DNA of 64,000 nucleotides from a virus (Duplodnaviria; Heunggongvirae; Uroviricota; Caudoviricetes): IMG/VR virus record IMGVR_UViG_3300013004_000034; one strand, 5' to 3'. Shown piece by piece: positions 63,960 to 64,000 of this stretch (position 1 is its first letter; each line of letters starts with the position of its first letter). The notes under the pieces were generated by a model. It saw only the letters and a program-made list of their open reading frames with translations, ran no database searches and was not told where the DNA came from. The position numbers and the translations under genes were made by a program.

Positions 63960-64000
63960 AGAGTTTAAGTTTATATCTGAAACAATACCAGATCCACCTT

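Overview
This window is a low-GC (~40%) T4-like myovirus segment with almost all genes on the minus strand. The gene order is conserved. From the left it runs: (i) an RNA island of minus-strand tRNAs, tRNA-like ncRNAs, a Ro60/TROVE-vWA homolog and an Rnl-type RNA ligase, driven by consensus sigma70-type early promoters; (ii) a compositionally distinct GC-rich (~55-60%) island of small genes around a divergent promoter hub, with a triplicated promoter-leader cassette; (iii) a replication/recombination block of regA, 62, 44, 45, a nucleotide-sugar cluster, a MazG-like protein, a deformylase-like protein, DNA ligase, 46, 47, 55, uvsW and uvsY; (iv) the structural module 23-22-21-(68/67)-20-19-18-17-16-15-14-13, followed by gp12-like fibers and very large fiber or baseplate proteins with tandem repeats. 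The most notable observations are these. First, a Ro60 (Rsr)-like gene sits inside the tRNA/tRNA-like array next to an RNA ligase, making a candidate phage Y-RNA / RNA-repair module. Second, the large terminase is split into two ORFs by what looks like an atypical naturally split intein (short IntN CITGDTKV..., IntC ending ...VNHN|C). Third, the GC-rich moron island reuses a perfect TTGACA-17-TATAAT promoter plus leader and carries a 16-bp palindrome ATTACAAATTTGTAAT upstream of several -35 boxes. Fourth, a homing endonuclease and an ADP-ribosyltransferase-fold gene are inserted between neck genes 14 and 13. Coordinates of tRNAs and motifs were worked out by hand and should be confirmed with tRNAscan-SE/ARAGORN, HMM searches and RNA folding.
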